Source: Bugula neritina
Lineage: Eukaryota; Animalia; Bryozoa
Reading direction: 5' to 3'
DNA: 64,000 nucleotides
Assembly: GCA_964035545.1 (NCBI GenBank)
Contig: OZ037765.1
Span: 33,355,504-33,419,503, forward strand
Under the pieces are notes generated by a model. The model was not told the DNA's origin. It saw nothing but the letters and a program-made list of their open reading frames with translations, and did no database searches. Shown in pieces: positions 1 through 14,900 of the stretch; the stretch's first letter is position 1, and every line of letters starts with the position of its first letter. A program made the translations under genes and the position numbers.

Positions 1-849
1 TAAGGCATGACAAGAAAAGAAGAAAACCGTAAACTAGTTGCAATGAATAAAGACAAACTTATTTGTTTAGTTTTCCTTCACTTGCCATATAACAAGGAAG
101 CTCTAATATGCAATTTGCTTTTTTTTATCATTTACTTTTTACAAACAGTTGGTAACTATTTGTAGTTTTTTGCTCATGCAAGTGTAAAAATGTTACCAGT
201 GATAATTTCTTTTACAACTTTTTAGTGTAGTTAGTCAACTATTGCAAGAGAAACATTTTTTTAGTTTTCACCTTTCAAAGAAAATGGCCATGTCCTGCGA
301 GCAATATCTAGAAAGAGAAGGTGACACAACTCCATGTTTTTAACCAAATACTAATTAAAAAAAGCTTAACAAGGTGTGGGCAATTCCATTACCATACTTT
401 TAACACTGCTTGTTATCTCTATTTTATTAATATAAACCAATATAAATATTTGTTGTGTAAAAATCCCTTTCTATCTAATTTCCAAAATTTTTACGCTTCA
501 ATGAGCATAATTGTTTCATATCTCATTTGTTGAAATACTCTATAACATTGTTTCAGTTAATTAAACTTCTGCGGATGACTCATACAGCCATTAATGTATA
601 TTTTTTAAAAGTAGAAGACAAACTATCATACTGCATTAAAAGAGTTTAAAGTTTGTTTACAAAGCTTAAATGATCAGAGCTTTAGTAACTGGTGTTTAAG
701 AACAGTAGCGTTTTGAAACACTTGCACGCTGTAATCTGCTGATACGCAGAGAGAGGATCTATTACACCGTGATGAGCATGGGGGGGGGGGAACACACAAA
801 GAAACTGTAGACTACACAATGTGGTGTCACATGTTGAAGGGTGTCTCAC

Positions 850-1080
850 CTGAAAGTTGATGTCCGAAGATCGAGCAGAGAGAAGACGTGTCTGATGCAG
901 TCTCCCGTCTGTCACTGCTTGGTGCAGAGCTGTCTTCATCGGCCTTTTGACGACGTGATGCGTTTCCGCACGAAGATTCTGATTACTCTTCTCCACTTCG
1001 AACGCTGTCTGACATCTTCTGCTTCTTGATGTGGACGATGGAGGCAGCAGAAAAGTTGTAGTTGCAGAAGAAGAAGACAT
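850..1080 (-). CDS. First coding exon of an ankyrin-repeat protein gene (ANKRD34-like N-terminus); downstream exons not identified and probably left of the window
   Basis: ATG at 1080; 77 codons ending ...KTALHQAVTDGRLHQTRLLSARSSDINFQ, which fits the ankyrin consensus TALHxA..G......LL...ADIN; followed by a phase-0 donor CAG|GTGAGA at 849. Confidence 0.6.
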
Positions 1081-4000
1081 AGTCTGAGCTGACTGCCCGC
1101 ACAATCCTGATACTCTTGATACTCTTACTCTACTATAATACAGGGGAATAGTCCTTGTACCAAACGGCTCTTATCACATCATAAATCAAACTTTTGCTTG
1201 TCTAAACTTTCACACTGATCATAGTCAAAGGCTATGTTCTTATATTAGGGCGTGCTTGTATGAACAGTACACCGACCCGTCTCAACAAGTCCATACATGG
1301 CAATTAGGCTGTTTTATTAGTTACAGCTTTTATAAGGTTTCTAACCTTTAAAATACAAGTTTGAAATAATGGTAGTGAGTTGAAATTCCTAATAAGAAGA
1401 GAGGATTTGAACAGCATTTCATAATACTGCTTTAGCTGTCACAGCTTGAAGTAGTTTATTCTCAATTGGTTAAGTGTGTTGTTTAATTTATATAGTCTTT
1501 GTTTTAGTCATACAATATAATATAATATATTTATTATATGAAATAAACAACAAGATTAAATAATTTGGTATAACTGTACTAATAATATTATTTTATTATA
1601 AATACTAACATATAATATACATTTTATATCATATGAATATTATATATATAGAATAATGACAATAAAATTTTGATGAGGGATAGACTAAAATTATATTATA
1701 AATTAATTTATATTACGCTGTACCAAACAATATGAAATATAAAAGCTCAACGATGTTCCTTAGACATATTGATATTTCAAAACTGATTGCTTATTGACAC
1801 AGAATTATGACTTAAATTATGCAGTAAACTGACTAAAACATTGAAAAGAAATACATATTTATTGAAACTGCTCTTGAAGCCCAAGTTCGATTCACAACTT
1901 GATGGAAGTAAAAGTAGAAACTGGCTTCACTTGGTGACTGATAGATCTTCTCCAGAGTTAGTCCAAGTAGCTACAAGTCAAGTCAAGTAATCTTTTTTTA
2001 TAGTTGGGTGAATTTTAATTGAGTTGGAATTTCAAGTGAATTCAAGTCAGTGAGTACTTAACTCAAAAGACCCAGGTCTAATTTTGCGTTGACTGCAGTG
2101 ACAAAATCAAAAAAATGAATTGAGAAATTGGTTTAAAAAATTAATTTTAAGCTAATTTTTGTTTTAGCAAGGTATGTTAAAGTTGAGCCTTATTTTAAAC
2201 ATCCCATTAAACTTTAAAATAAAGTAAATTGTGCATGGATATTGAATCTACGTTTTACTATTTATAGCCAGTAAAATATATAAAAAAATAAAATGTATAG
2301 CAAGTAATAAAATCATCGCATTATTACGGTTTACTTTAATGTCAAAGGTTAGCTTTCCACCTTTTCTCATCTTCATAGATTATAATACTCATTTAGCTTA
2401 GTTATAACATAACACCTTGTTGAATATGTAACAAAATACACCAACTTGACACAGTTGTCACATATACTGCAGCACATTGAGAGCAATTTATTTATACAAA
2501 GGTGAGATGACAGAATGGTACATCAATACATTTATATATTGTGTTATATTCAGTCTAATGAGTACACAAACAATCGTTAGTCAAGTATTCATGGCTCATA
2601 ATTTGCAAATGGTTTTGTTTTTCAGTGACAGTTTTTTCAAGTAGCATTAATGTTACAGTTTTCAGCAACTTATTGCTTTATGTTTGTTGCATAAACTAAC
2701 AGCGGTGTGCATTAAAACACTTTTCGAGTGGTTTTATGGTGTTTATGCTGCCTATAGAAATATTATGATATAAAATGAATATGTTTGCACTTGTGTTAAA
2801 GTAGATCAATGGAGAGGTTTATATAGCTGTTTTATCAAGAGCCTGCAAGCACTTGCGAGTACCTTCCTCTTTTATTGTATCTTCAATTAAAAAACTGATA
2901 GCAGACGTATTGCCGTAACAAAGAATGTGTGTGCTTCACAATATACTGCTTTGTGCTCATGTATGTCATGCTTTAAGGAAACTTTCAGTTTAAAAATATT
3001 CATCATTTTTACCCTGCAACGGTAAAATTAAGCAATTAAACAAATTTTTTATCACAAAAATAAACTATCAGGGTTTGAACGTCTTATGGCTTCCTATTAC
3101 TTTTAACAGAGCCTATATTTTGTTTCTATATATATACATGTGTGCGGAGTGTTTCAATATTTATTACTGTAATAATTATATTGAAAATAAAAACAGCGAA
3201 ACACTAAATATTTGCTTTTAAATGGGCAATATATTATGTTATATATTGCCTATGCGCATAAAAAACAAAAATCATTTTGCACTCATCAAAGAATTTGGAT
3301 ATTCTTAGCAGTGATAATTTAATATACATTCTTCAAATAAAAATAATGGGTGACAGTGAATGTAATAAATGTTGGAAATAAAATTAATAAAAAAATAAAT
3401 ATTTATCATACTTTTCAAAACTAGCTTTTTCTTAAATAGTTCAAGTTGAAAGACTGAATATTTATTTGTAAATAATTGATCTAACTGATAGCTCAAACTC
3501 CTCTGAGAACTTGGGTTAACTATTCAATCAGAAAAGAGTGTAAAACTCAATTGTAGAAAGAAAATTAAACCCATTAGCCAATCAACGCTGCTTTGTGAAC
3601 CAATTATTAATATCCGAGTCAACCAAAATAATGTTATTAATTGGAACTGATGAAATAGGAATAAAATTATCGGACTATATTCTAATACATTTCAACTCTA
3701 TGTTCATTTACATTTATACTACTTTCAAGTGGGTCTAGAAGTTTAAATACACGACTCAAGGGAATCACCTATCACAATTTATTTGTTATATAAAAACAAT
3801 GCTATAGTAAGTGAATTTAAACTCAAACCCTCAAAGGCTTCATTAAATTAATACAAAAGTATTCAGAAATTTTATTAAATTCTACCATCTGGCGAAATAA
3901 ACAGGTTTATCAAGTGAACGATCCCGTCAATTACAGCTCACTATGCCCGCTCAAATAAGCATTAACTATTTACCAATATAAATTCTAAACTTAAAACTCA

Positions 4001-5772
4001 CTTCTCATAGATTTTATTATTTATAGCATTTATAACCAAAATAATATCAAACCAGTTACCAAGCTACTGCCAAATTTTTCTTACCCAATGATTTGTAAAA
4101 TGTAAAAGAATTATTAAGCTATTTTAGATAGTTATGAATTCCACATTAAATTATCACAATGAATCTTTTATGGTATATTTTGACTTAGCATGCACTTAGC
4201 TCATTATCTGAAAAATTAACACATGACTTTTGTTATGTGAACAGAAGTTGTCTGAAGTAAAACTAGGATGAGCAGAGAAGATTAAATGCTATTAGATGCG
4301 CCTTTTGTGCTTTATAAGTGACACAAATATTCTTACATAACTTACAAGTCAAAAACTCATTACACGTGAGTAAGTCTTTTATTCACGTCAATTTAAACCT
4401 CTGTATCGCAATCTCCATTCAAGCATTTAAAGCAGATATGATGTCTGAAGTAAACTTATCTACGTTTTTAAGTGAGTGAATTGGTGCATTTATTTTTCTT
4501 GGTTGCTAAATTTTGCTACAAATATAAAAGAACAAACGCCGTGTACCATACTTGCAGTATCTAAAGTAGTGGGTACCTGTTTGCAATCATTAAGATAATA
4601 TTTTGTTTATAGCCTGCTGATATGCAATGAGGTGCTTATCCGCAAGTGTTTATGGTTCACTCCAACGAGTAGTTACACCTTTATCATAATTGATTTCGAG
4701 TGAAGTACACCATAAAACTGTCCGTATGCCAACTGTAAACTGCTGATAGTCTGAAAACCGCCTCTCCACTTTACATTCCTTTACATTGTGACACAACCAC
4801 CACAATGAAATTATTTGTTCAATTACTAAATCTAAATAAAAAACTTGAGCGGGTACTACACTTTTAAAAATTTAAAGCCGACTACACTTACAGGCTCATT
4901 CAAGATGTACATATAAATGGTTTTTTATTTGTTTCATCACAAACTTTCTTGACTTGGTAGAATATTGAGATAAGTAGAGCACATTAAAATGGGAGTAATA
5001 AATTGATCATTTGGAACACAGATGTGCAAAGCTTTCACATTGTATAGGTGAGGTTAATTTAGATGTATATTTATATAAAGGCATTAGCTACCAGGTGTGA
5101 AAGACTCAAATGCAATAATTATATCAATGATGATATACATATACATATTTGTACATATACAAACTGCACTTGTCTGGCATTGAGCTAAGTTGTTGATATT
5201 ACAATGTTTACCGACTTTATTGCTACTTGAGGCATGGCAAATATTATTAAATTTTGATGTTTATACTTATTAAACACCTTAAAACTAACAGCCCATTAGG
5301 GGTAAGTAGATGGTTGAGCACTCTATATACACATCTGCATATCTGCTCTTCTCATTGGCTTTATTAGCTCATTTAGTCGGTTTAACAACAGTTATAAGAA
5401 GCACAGAAATTATACAACAAACTTTAACAATAATTAATGTACACATATACATAAAATTTTATAATTTATAAACTCAAAAATACTCATTTCTTTATAAAAC
5501 TTTTTCCGTAACTTGTCAAGTTTTATAAAAAAAATTAAATAAATACTAACAAATAATAATTTATAACCTAATTAATTGTGCAATTGGCATTGCAAATGTT
5601 TATAGTCATCGGAGGTTACAAAATAAACTCAATTGAATCATTTAATGCTTTTTTAAAGCAATGCTTATATCTCATTGCAAGATTTCTAAAAATCTTGATT
5701 AAAACAAAAATGTTAAATACAAAAAAGATCATAGAATGAAAAAAATTGATGTAAAAACTTAGGAAAACACAG

Positions 5773-8311
5773 TTAACTTGTCCATGAATGTGGAATACCG
5801 GATGGTCCTAGCGGCAGCCCCAATTGATGACGGATTCTCTCAATAGTTGACCAATGAAACGGCAGCATGGGATAACCAGCGGCAGCCACTCTCAGCAGTT
5901 GATTGTCTGTGGCCGGAGTTTGCTGGAGAAAGCTGGTGGATTTCTCCAAGTGACCGTTAATAATATTTTCAATACTAAACTTGGTTGGCTCTGCAACTTT
6001 GCCCTCTTTTAAAAGAGATTTCATTGCACTGTTCTCTCTGACCGGAGATAGTTGTGAGGAGTTACTTTGGGATGAAACGCTAGTCGCTGTTTTGAGATTT
6101 ATAGGTTGCATTCCGAAATGAGGCACCGGGAGTCTGAGCTGGTTTGTCGCAGGTAAGATAAAAGGAGACAAGGGAAAGGTGAAGGTTGGCAGATACTCGG
6201 TATGCTCCGGCTGACGGCTGCCTGTGTAGGAGGAGACAAATCCCTTGACTGGTCGTTTGTAGCGCTTGCGTCGTCTCAAGAAGGATCCATTGTCAAACAT
6301 GTCTTCAGATGCAGGATCTAGAGTCCAGTAGTTGCCTTTCCCTGAAAGAGAAAAGCAAAATAATGAGTTATAACTTGAACAATGCCAACTTAGTCTTATA
6401 AGATCTGGAACTAATATTGAAGGTCAAACTAAACCTGCAAAGTTGATACAAACTAAAGAAAATAATGTTTTATATTGAATAAAGAAAACATTGAGAGTAA
6501 GTAGAGAGTATGCAGACTGTATGTTTAGTTTAGCCGTTGAATTTGTTTGTATATAAAAATATACGCAGCAAAGTAATCCGATAAAATGCCATGGCTATGC
6601 TTTAGCTTCTGTTTTCAGCTCATCATTTGTGTAGCTGATAGCTATTAGATGCAATTGTAAATATCATAAATAACATTATTTATATACACATACACCATAC
6701 CAGTGTTCTGCCATAATAATATTTCTCATAAAATAACATTTTTCATCCACAGAGAAACAGATTTACATCTGCCAAATGCATTTGTATCATAAATATAGGC
6801 TTCTGCCATTGTCTGGCCACATTGTTGCCATTACCGCAACAGCTGTCGTGGTTTGCAGGAAATGCGCTTAAAACATAATTTTTTGATTTCAAGTAAATAT
6901 TTGTAACACTACACATTTTCTGATTGTATGCAACAATTTCAATATTTAAAACTTTAAATTTAGAATTGATGTGGAACAATGAATTTAATTTTACATAATA
7001 AACTTTTGAGATTATACCCAATAGAAAATTAGTCAAATAATTCATTTATTATGAAAAAGCGGTTAAATTTCACTTACCAGGGTTTCCTGGTTCCCGAGGA
7101 ATCTTCACGAAGCAATCATTTAGACTCAAGTTGTGTCGAATAGAGTTCTGCCAGGCTGGGAACTTCTCCCGGTAGTATGGGAAACGCTTCATAATAAACT
7201 CACAGATCCCACTTAGTGTCAGTTTTTTCTCCTTTGACTAAAAATAGGTACATACAGCTGAGTGAGTTTTTGCAGTTGATAACATTAGAAGAAGTTGTTG
7301 TGTTTTGGTAAATTAGGATATAGAGTATAGTTGAACAAATTGTTTTTAGTTAACTGATCCAATAGAAAAAAAATAAGTATATATATGCAACTTTATGACA
7401 ACATAGACAACACATATAATTTGATATAATTAACGAATTAGATTGCAAAAACCCAAAAGTGTTTAGAAATATATTGTAGACATAATATTTATGGTGGAAA
7501 TCTTTAGATTTTAAATTTCTGACCAACATTGGAAAAAAATCTTCTTTTCTAAAAATAACTTCTACTTGTTCAACTAACTACATTTTATAATAACTATAAC
7601 ATTGATAGGCTGATGTTTTTAAGCAAGTAGCAAGTGGTAGGTGAAACATTTTAGTTAGTATTTTTCCGTAAAATTACAAATACACGATGACGATTACCTA
7701 AAAAACCTTTCACTTCAAAATTAGGAACAAGATAATTGAAATAAATTGTGTTTTACAAAATTTGAACTGCTGTTACTATAAAATTTTTATGTTTGCTAGG
7801 CATTCTATAAATTATAAAGGTGAATATAAATACATTTGCAGCTTGTGTTACACAAGAAACTGTTAAAATATTTTTCAAACAATCTCATTCTTGATTATTC
7901 TCAAAAATAGTTTAGATTTACACTTAGAGAAGTTTAAGTGACAAACGTATAAAAAAATTTCAGAGCAGCTCTGAATGCAAGATTCATTTAGGTATCTATT
8001 TTGTGAAAAAAGTTGTTCACAAGAAAACTGAAGACGGTAATTTTATACACGACTGAAATAGACAATACCTGGAGGACGGCCATTGTAATCAGAGCTATGT
8101 AGGAGTACGGAGGTTTCACGTGTTTATTTGTCCGACATTCTTCTTTCACTCTTTCCATTTCCTGTGATGACAAGTTGCAAGACGTATCGTCTATGTCGAT
8201 CTCCATCTCTTTTTCACTTTCAAGCGTAGAATTTAGTTCTTCATCTGTACTGAGTGCGTGCCCAAAGCCTACATCTGCTTTTGCAGACACAACAGATAAA
8301 TTGCTTTCCAT
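5773..8311 (-). CDS. FoxD: Forkhead box D transcription factor; exons 8311-8069, 7237-7078, 6341-5773
   Basis: Spliced forkhead domain [17 protein letters not shown]|[54 protein letters not shown]|[29 protein letters not shown] is diagnostic of FoxD; C-terminal eh1-like motif FSIENII; GT-AG junctions with consistent phases (0, 1). Start is uncertain: a possible upstream acceptor lies at 8384-8385. Confidence 0.95.
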
Positions 8312-11300
8312 CGGCTTTGGGTTCGTTACAGAACTTGAGAAATTGAATTTCCTGCTCTGATACGGAACATCATCAATCAAAGACTGAAATTATTTCGCAC
8401 GTCTGCACCAGTATAGATAGGTTATCAATCACACAACGCTTCCATTGGACTGCGGTTAGCTCCGCCCTCCCAGTGATATAATTATAACTGATTTGTTTAC
8501 TAACGGGAGCTTCCTATTATATTAGACTACATTTTGTTTTGCTTATTTTTAATAGCAAAAAATAATGTACACACTTCAATAAAACTCATTTATATTTTTA
8601 AAAATCAGCAGCTGCTGTACTATTATAAGGAGCAGTAATAAAGCTCATTTATGGCTCTGTTTTTGCAAGTTATTTCACCAAACAAGGATATCTACCCGTT
8701 AAATTAACAACCCTATTACCTCAAAAACTTTAAAGCAAACTAACTACTTTAAAGATGTTGCTTGTATATAGACCCATCTGAGTTGCTAACTAATAAAAAC
8801 CTTACACTCATCAATATGTTATCAGAGTTAGAGCAACTCTCTGGGCTGACGTGTTATGTAAACTTAGTCAGCAATCAGTAAAACTAACTGTTAGTTTTGA
8901 CAAGTGATCTGCTGTATTGTTTAATGATTATGTGAGTTTGCAAGACTTGATAGAGAGTATCATAAAGATAGATAGCTAGCATATACACCTGGTATGTAGT
9001 TGTAACACTCCTTGTTATAACTACCACCGAGTGTAGTGCAATGTATGCTATAAATTATAAATTATAATGTAGTGTATATTGCAATGTAATGTGTATAATA
9101 CAATGTGCATTATGATGTGTATTGTAATGTGCACTGCAATGGGTAGAAATAATTTATGTTGAATGCAGTGTATTACAATGTGTATTGTAGAGTACATTAT
9201 AATTTGTATTGTAATGCTGTTCAGCTTACAACTAACTTCGTATGAAACCTAAATGTGGCACTGCAGAAAAACTAATAGTTTGTTAGTTTTATTCTGACAA
9301 ATATACTATCACAATGTCATCACAAGTCTTGAAACTACAAGAGGATCATTTTGAAAATCATTTAGAGTGTTTGATGATATTATGTAGATACTAGTATATT
9401 GACATTCAGCCAATCATATTCCGACTATTATTTCCTTGACCAAGTCAGTTGCTAAAAGAGGTCACTCTTGATCTTTGGTACACTCCACCCCTCCTTCCCA
9501 CTGTAATGTTGACCTTGAACTTTCTGATGTATAGTGACAATTTTACTACAAATAGACATGTATGTGCAGGTTTAACGGTTTCAGATCTAATAACAAGACT
9601 TATTCACAGTTTTCAAATTTGGCATTCTTTGCTCAATTACCTGCAGTAACTGAGAAATTTTAATAGCTTTAGTTATTTAACTGTACTTATGGGTGTGGTT
9701 GAAATAATACTCGTAATGTTATTGTTACATTTTTCAGTTGGAACACAGGCTTTTCCCAAATTCTCTTCAGGCTATGTAAATCCAATATAAGCATAAAGTT
9801 GCTCTATTGTCATGAACCGCTAACTCTAATCCTAGTATTTGTTAGTGTTGAGTATTTTCAAGTATGAAAGATAAAATAAACAGCTTTAGATGGGCTTTCA
9901 TATCAATTTGAGATAATTTTTATATAATTTTATCCATTTTATCACCATTTTATGATTGCAGTTTAATTGCCACATCTACCTGAATGGTACTCAGCACTAA
10001 GGAGAGGGAAGTGAGGGGGAGAAGGGGGGGGGAGAAGTGGGGGAGAGTAGGGGGGTACATGCATGACTCAAGTAACCGCTGCTGTGACAGAAATTTGTCT
10101 TTAACGGACTTCTCTCTCTTTCATCCTGGATTGGCTAATTCTCTGTTGATTTAAAAAAGCAAAGGTCACACCACAGCTGCTGATAAGTTTGAGTGATTTT
10201 TTACTATGTAAACATTAAAAATAGATTTCACTGGTTATGTCATTGACTCAGTTATGGCCTACCACAAATGCAGGGAATTTTCACAAGATTTCAAAGAATA
10301 CAAGGTCAAATGTGTCTCCAGAGATGACCTATAACAAGTCATAAATCTCTTCAACACATTAACAAGAGAATCTTTTCTGTTGTTTCAGCAAGCATCAATA
10401 GCTTCTCCAGATTTATTATATTTATCCACCAGTTACATGGCAACAACATAACTCCGTATCTCAACCAAACCATCAAATGATCACAAACACAAAGGAATAG
10501 CTATCATGTTTTCTATTTTTTTGTGTAAATGATTTGGTTAAAGAGTAAACAGCAATCATCAAACTGAGCACAAATAGGATGCCAATGCACGTATCACTGG
10601 CAGCGATAAGAAGAAAATGTGTTTAACATCTCTCTGATATCTTAGTTTGGCTGACTTTGTGTAAACAATTATCATAAGTGACAAAACACTACTCTGTAAT
10701 AACATAACATTTCAGGCAAAAAATCTCAAAATAATCAACAGACAAAAGTATAGCAGCTGCAAGTTTGTCTGGTAAAGGGTACATAGTACAGACTCATAAT
10801 AATATACAACACTGTGTCAACACACATCAACATAGCTGGCACTCAAAGATATTTTTATCCCATGGAAAGGAATACAAAGTTAAACTTGCTCTCCGTAACT
10901 AAAGGTGCTGACAAACACAAACCTGTGTGTATAGCTATTAACAAGTGAGCCACAATGGGGCCCATCAAGGTGATAATATTAGATTTGCAATTAAAAACTC
11001 CTATCTAAAAGCAGATTACTTTAAACTGTAAAATAGTGCTAGCAAGCAAAATTATGTTGGCTTTGGTGAAATTCAGAAAAGCCAGTGTTTTAGATATTAA
11101 ATATTGCTTTCGCAAGAAGTTATATTCTTATAGTACTTTCATTATCACACCCTAGAGCAGGATTCATATGCAAAGAAATTAAGCTATTTTCTGCTAATGT
11201 ACTTCATTGCGTAAAGCTTTTTTGCTTAAGACTAATTGGACTTCAACTCTCTAGTTAATGAGTGGACAACCCCTTAGGTTGCAACCATCAGTTAGAAAAC

Positions 11301-11968
11301 TAAGCAGTTTATAACTTTCACAGCTGTATAATGAAATTAAAATGATTATCTAGGAATGCATAAAATACATGGAAGTAGTGAGCAAGATAAATTTAGAACT
11401 AAAAAGCAAGTTTCACAATTCAAGAGATAAGTTATATTCCATATAAGTACTGTAAATAACTCTGTGAAGGAATTTGCTTTTATATGAATAAATAGATTAT
11501 CAAGGTAAATGCAATGAAAAAACTTTTAAAAGTCCATGATGTGTCTCAGCAGAAAAACCTCTAAGAAATTAGGTCACTCAAGTTTTTTTCCCAAAGCTGG
11601 TAAATAAACTTTTGCTAAACTGTCTCATTACCAAAAAGCCACATCTTGGCTATAGCAACAGCTTTGGTTTACAAGTTTGGAATAATTCTTAGACTAGATT
11701 CTAGCTGAGCAGATCTGAAAGCAAAACTGTTCACCAAAACAGTAGGTGTATTTCAAGTATTATATTTCAATAAGTCATGATAAATTTACAAGAAAATGAG
11801 CATAAACGAAAAACAAAGAATAAAAATTTAGTTTTTACTTTAACGATGATTACATTAAATTATTTGATACAAAAATGAATAATGCAAGTGGGAGTTGAGA
11901 GATGAAATCTGACTTAGCTGGTTACATAACAGCAGGGGAATCACACCACGCTAATGGCTAAGTTAGTG

Positions 11969-14900
11969 TCAGCTAGGAGTGATGCATCTCTCAACGCAAG
12001 ACTCAAGTACTTGTTGATCCAAGTTTCTTCCTAACAAAAGAGAGAAACAATATTAGTTATGATGACATTGAACTGCTACACTCAAGTGTAAATCAAATAA
12101 TATCAATGTAAACTTTTATAATATACAGTATCTAGTTACTGAATATGTTTTAGACAATGAGCTAATGAAAACAACATATTGGGTTTTCATTTCGAGTGGA
12201 TTAACTCAAGTGGTCAATATAGGAGTGATGGAGAGACAAAGAGTGGGTGACAACGTACATATGCTTCTCTAACTGCAAACTGCCTCTGGTCTTCATAAAC
12301 AAACAAAAAATAACTGAGCATCTGGTGAAAAAGAGAGCTGATTTGATTACATGCTACCAGCACAGCATCCCCCCTGCAGTGGTGTAGCTAAGTCATCATC
12401 CCCCCACAGTGGTGTAGCTAAGTCATCATCCCCCCACAGTGGTGTAGCTAATTCATCATCCCCCCTTACAGTGGTGTAGCTAAGTAATCACCCCCCCACA
12501 GTGGTGTAGCTAAGTAATCATACCTTACAGTGGTGTAGCTAAGTAATCACCCCCCCCACAGTGGTGTAGCTAAGTCACCACCCCTACTACACTTGTTTCT
12601 CACTCCAAGTCAGGCACTGACTGTCCAAGCATTTTGCTTTAGTTTGTACTTTCTTGATGCTTAAATTTGATTTCCCAAGTCCCCCACACCAAGTCTGACT
12701 CAACACGAAACAAGCCTCTGAGTTGAAAGCCAAAACACAAAGGAAATCAGGCAAAATCCATAGACTAATAATTAATATTTTTGGCAAAATTTCAGAGATT
12801 GATGCATAAAAATAGCAGACATGGCCTTAAGTCTCACTCCAAAAAATTACAAAAAGTTGGGGGATCATTTCAACACATCAAACTAAAATTTATTCAAAAA
12901 TTCATGATTTAGGGCTAAGCAACACAAATAAGCAGATTAAAATCGAAACACAAATGGAAACTAAAATAACCAAAGTAAGACAACTCTTAGCAAAAACAAA
13001 TTGATAGCCTAAGAACCTGACACAAATGGCTAGACTAGGAGCGAAAATGCAGTTCCCATTTTGTGGTAAGTTTTGATGAAAGTCCACACACGGCAGATAA
13101 AGAGCATCGACCAATTAAGTGTAAGAAAATATTATTCCTCGAGATGTAGGTCTACTTGAAGTTGTGTTTACATGGATGCCAATAGGTGAGTGTATCAGTG
13201 TAAATATTGTAAGTCTGGACACAAAACCTTGAGGAGAGAATATTTACCCTCTGAATGTCACCGTATAAACAACTCTCCACTCCCAGTCAAACATTATCAC
13301 ATCTCACAGCCAAAAATGCATCAAATCATAACATTTAGTACAATATTGGCATTGTTTATGTAAATAATATCATAAGCAGTGTACTCCAATGCCTTTACTC
13401 ATAAAGTATTACAACAACAGTTTGTATTTGTCTAGAATAGCATGTGATAATCTCAAACAGGTGAGAATTAATTCTCTCACCACTATTGAAGAGTTTACAA
13501 AACTTCAAAACCAGTAATTTTAAACCTGACATATTTGGTTGGCTGAGTTTAGAACCACCAGTTCAAATTAGATCTGCTTCAAAAGTGTCCAACAAGATGA
13601 ATTAAGGCTATTTGCTCATTTCCTGATCACACTGTGACTTGTCACAGTGTCCCAAGTCACAGTGTGACAAGTCACAATGTCCCGAGTCACAGAGTGTCAC
13701 AAAAGTAGAATATATTATCAAGCATATCACATACCTATGAATACAATAGAGCAATGGGGCTCCTTAGGGATGGAGATATTGCTGCTACGTTTATCATACG
13801 TCTCGTAAACTCCCTGCAGTATGGTCGTGTGTTCACAGTCGCTCTCACAGATCACGCCCTGTAAGAGAATTAGCGAGAGTCTGACGTAACAGGAAACAGC
13901 TGAAGATTATGGAGTAGCCCGAGAAGAAAACCCTAACATCTTATTCTGAAAACTATATTTTATATAAATAACAGTAAAGTGCTGGAATTAACGGTCCAAC
14001 TAATTTCTATAAAAAGCTATAAAATCAGTGAATGTCAGGTATTCCAGTCACTACTATTAGAAAGAGGACAACTCCAAGAGATTCATGCCTCAGGAATATC
14101 CACTTGAGTGAAAACAGCAATATCCTGCCCGTCTGCCCCCCAACTCAAAGCAACAACCTGTGCCAAGAAAATTCTGGAAATGTTTCAAGAAGGAAGTTGA
14201 ATGAAAACAGAAAGAAATAGAAACACTGGCATATCTTGTTATCTAATCAACAAACAATTATTCTACCATCAGTGAGTAGCGGCAGCCAGGAATGCGCAAA
14301 GGGATGACACAATGGCCGTGACAGCAAAAACAGGCAGCAGCTCCTGGGCTCAGCTCCTCTGATCTGCGTGATTGTCTTTTCTTAAAACTTATTCAGAAAT
14401 CGAGAACTAGAGGCTACATTCCAACATATCAGCGTGAAAATCAAGAAAAAAAGAATCTATTCTTTAAAATCAATGAAGTCATGAAGCTACAGCAATAAAC
14501 AAAGGAAACTAATAGAAAGGCCAGGGATTTATCTGCAGTGAAATAACCACCATATTCAATGAGTTTACAAGCTGAAGTCAAATAAAAAATTACTATAAAT
14601 CGAGAGACGTTTACAATGAATAGGGAAAGACAATCCTAAATACGTTGACACAGGTCTTACCTATTAAGTTGTGTAAAAAGTTCCACCAGCCTACCTTTAG
14701 CCTTAGCACCTCCATAGTGGCACCATTTGGAGACGAGATCTGACTCTCCCAGAGTAGTAGCTGCAGGAACTGATCAAACTCAAGTGTATTGAGGGTGCCA
14801 GGGAGGTCCACCCGTACTGTAGATACTGTCTAGTGGAGAAACAGAGGGCTATGTGAACAGAGACTAAGCTTGTTTAATAACATTGCATGACTCATCCCTA

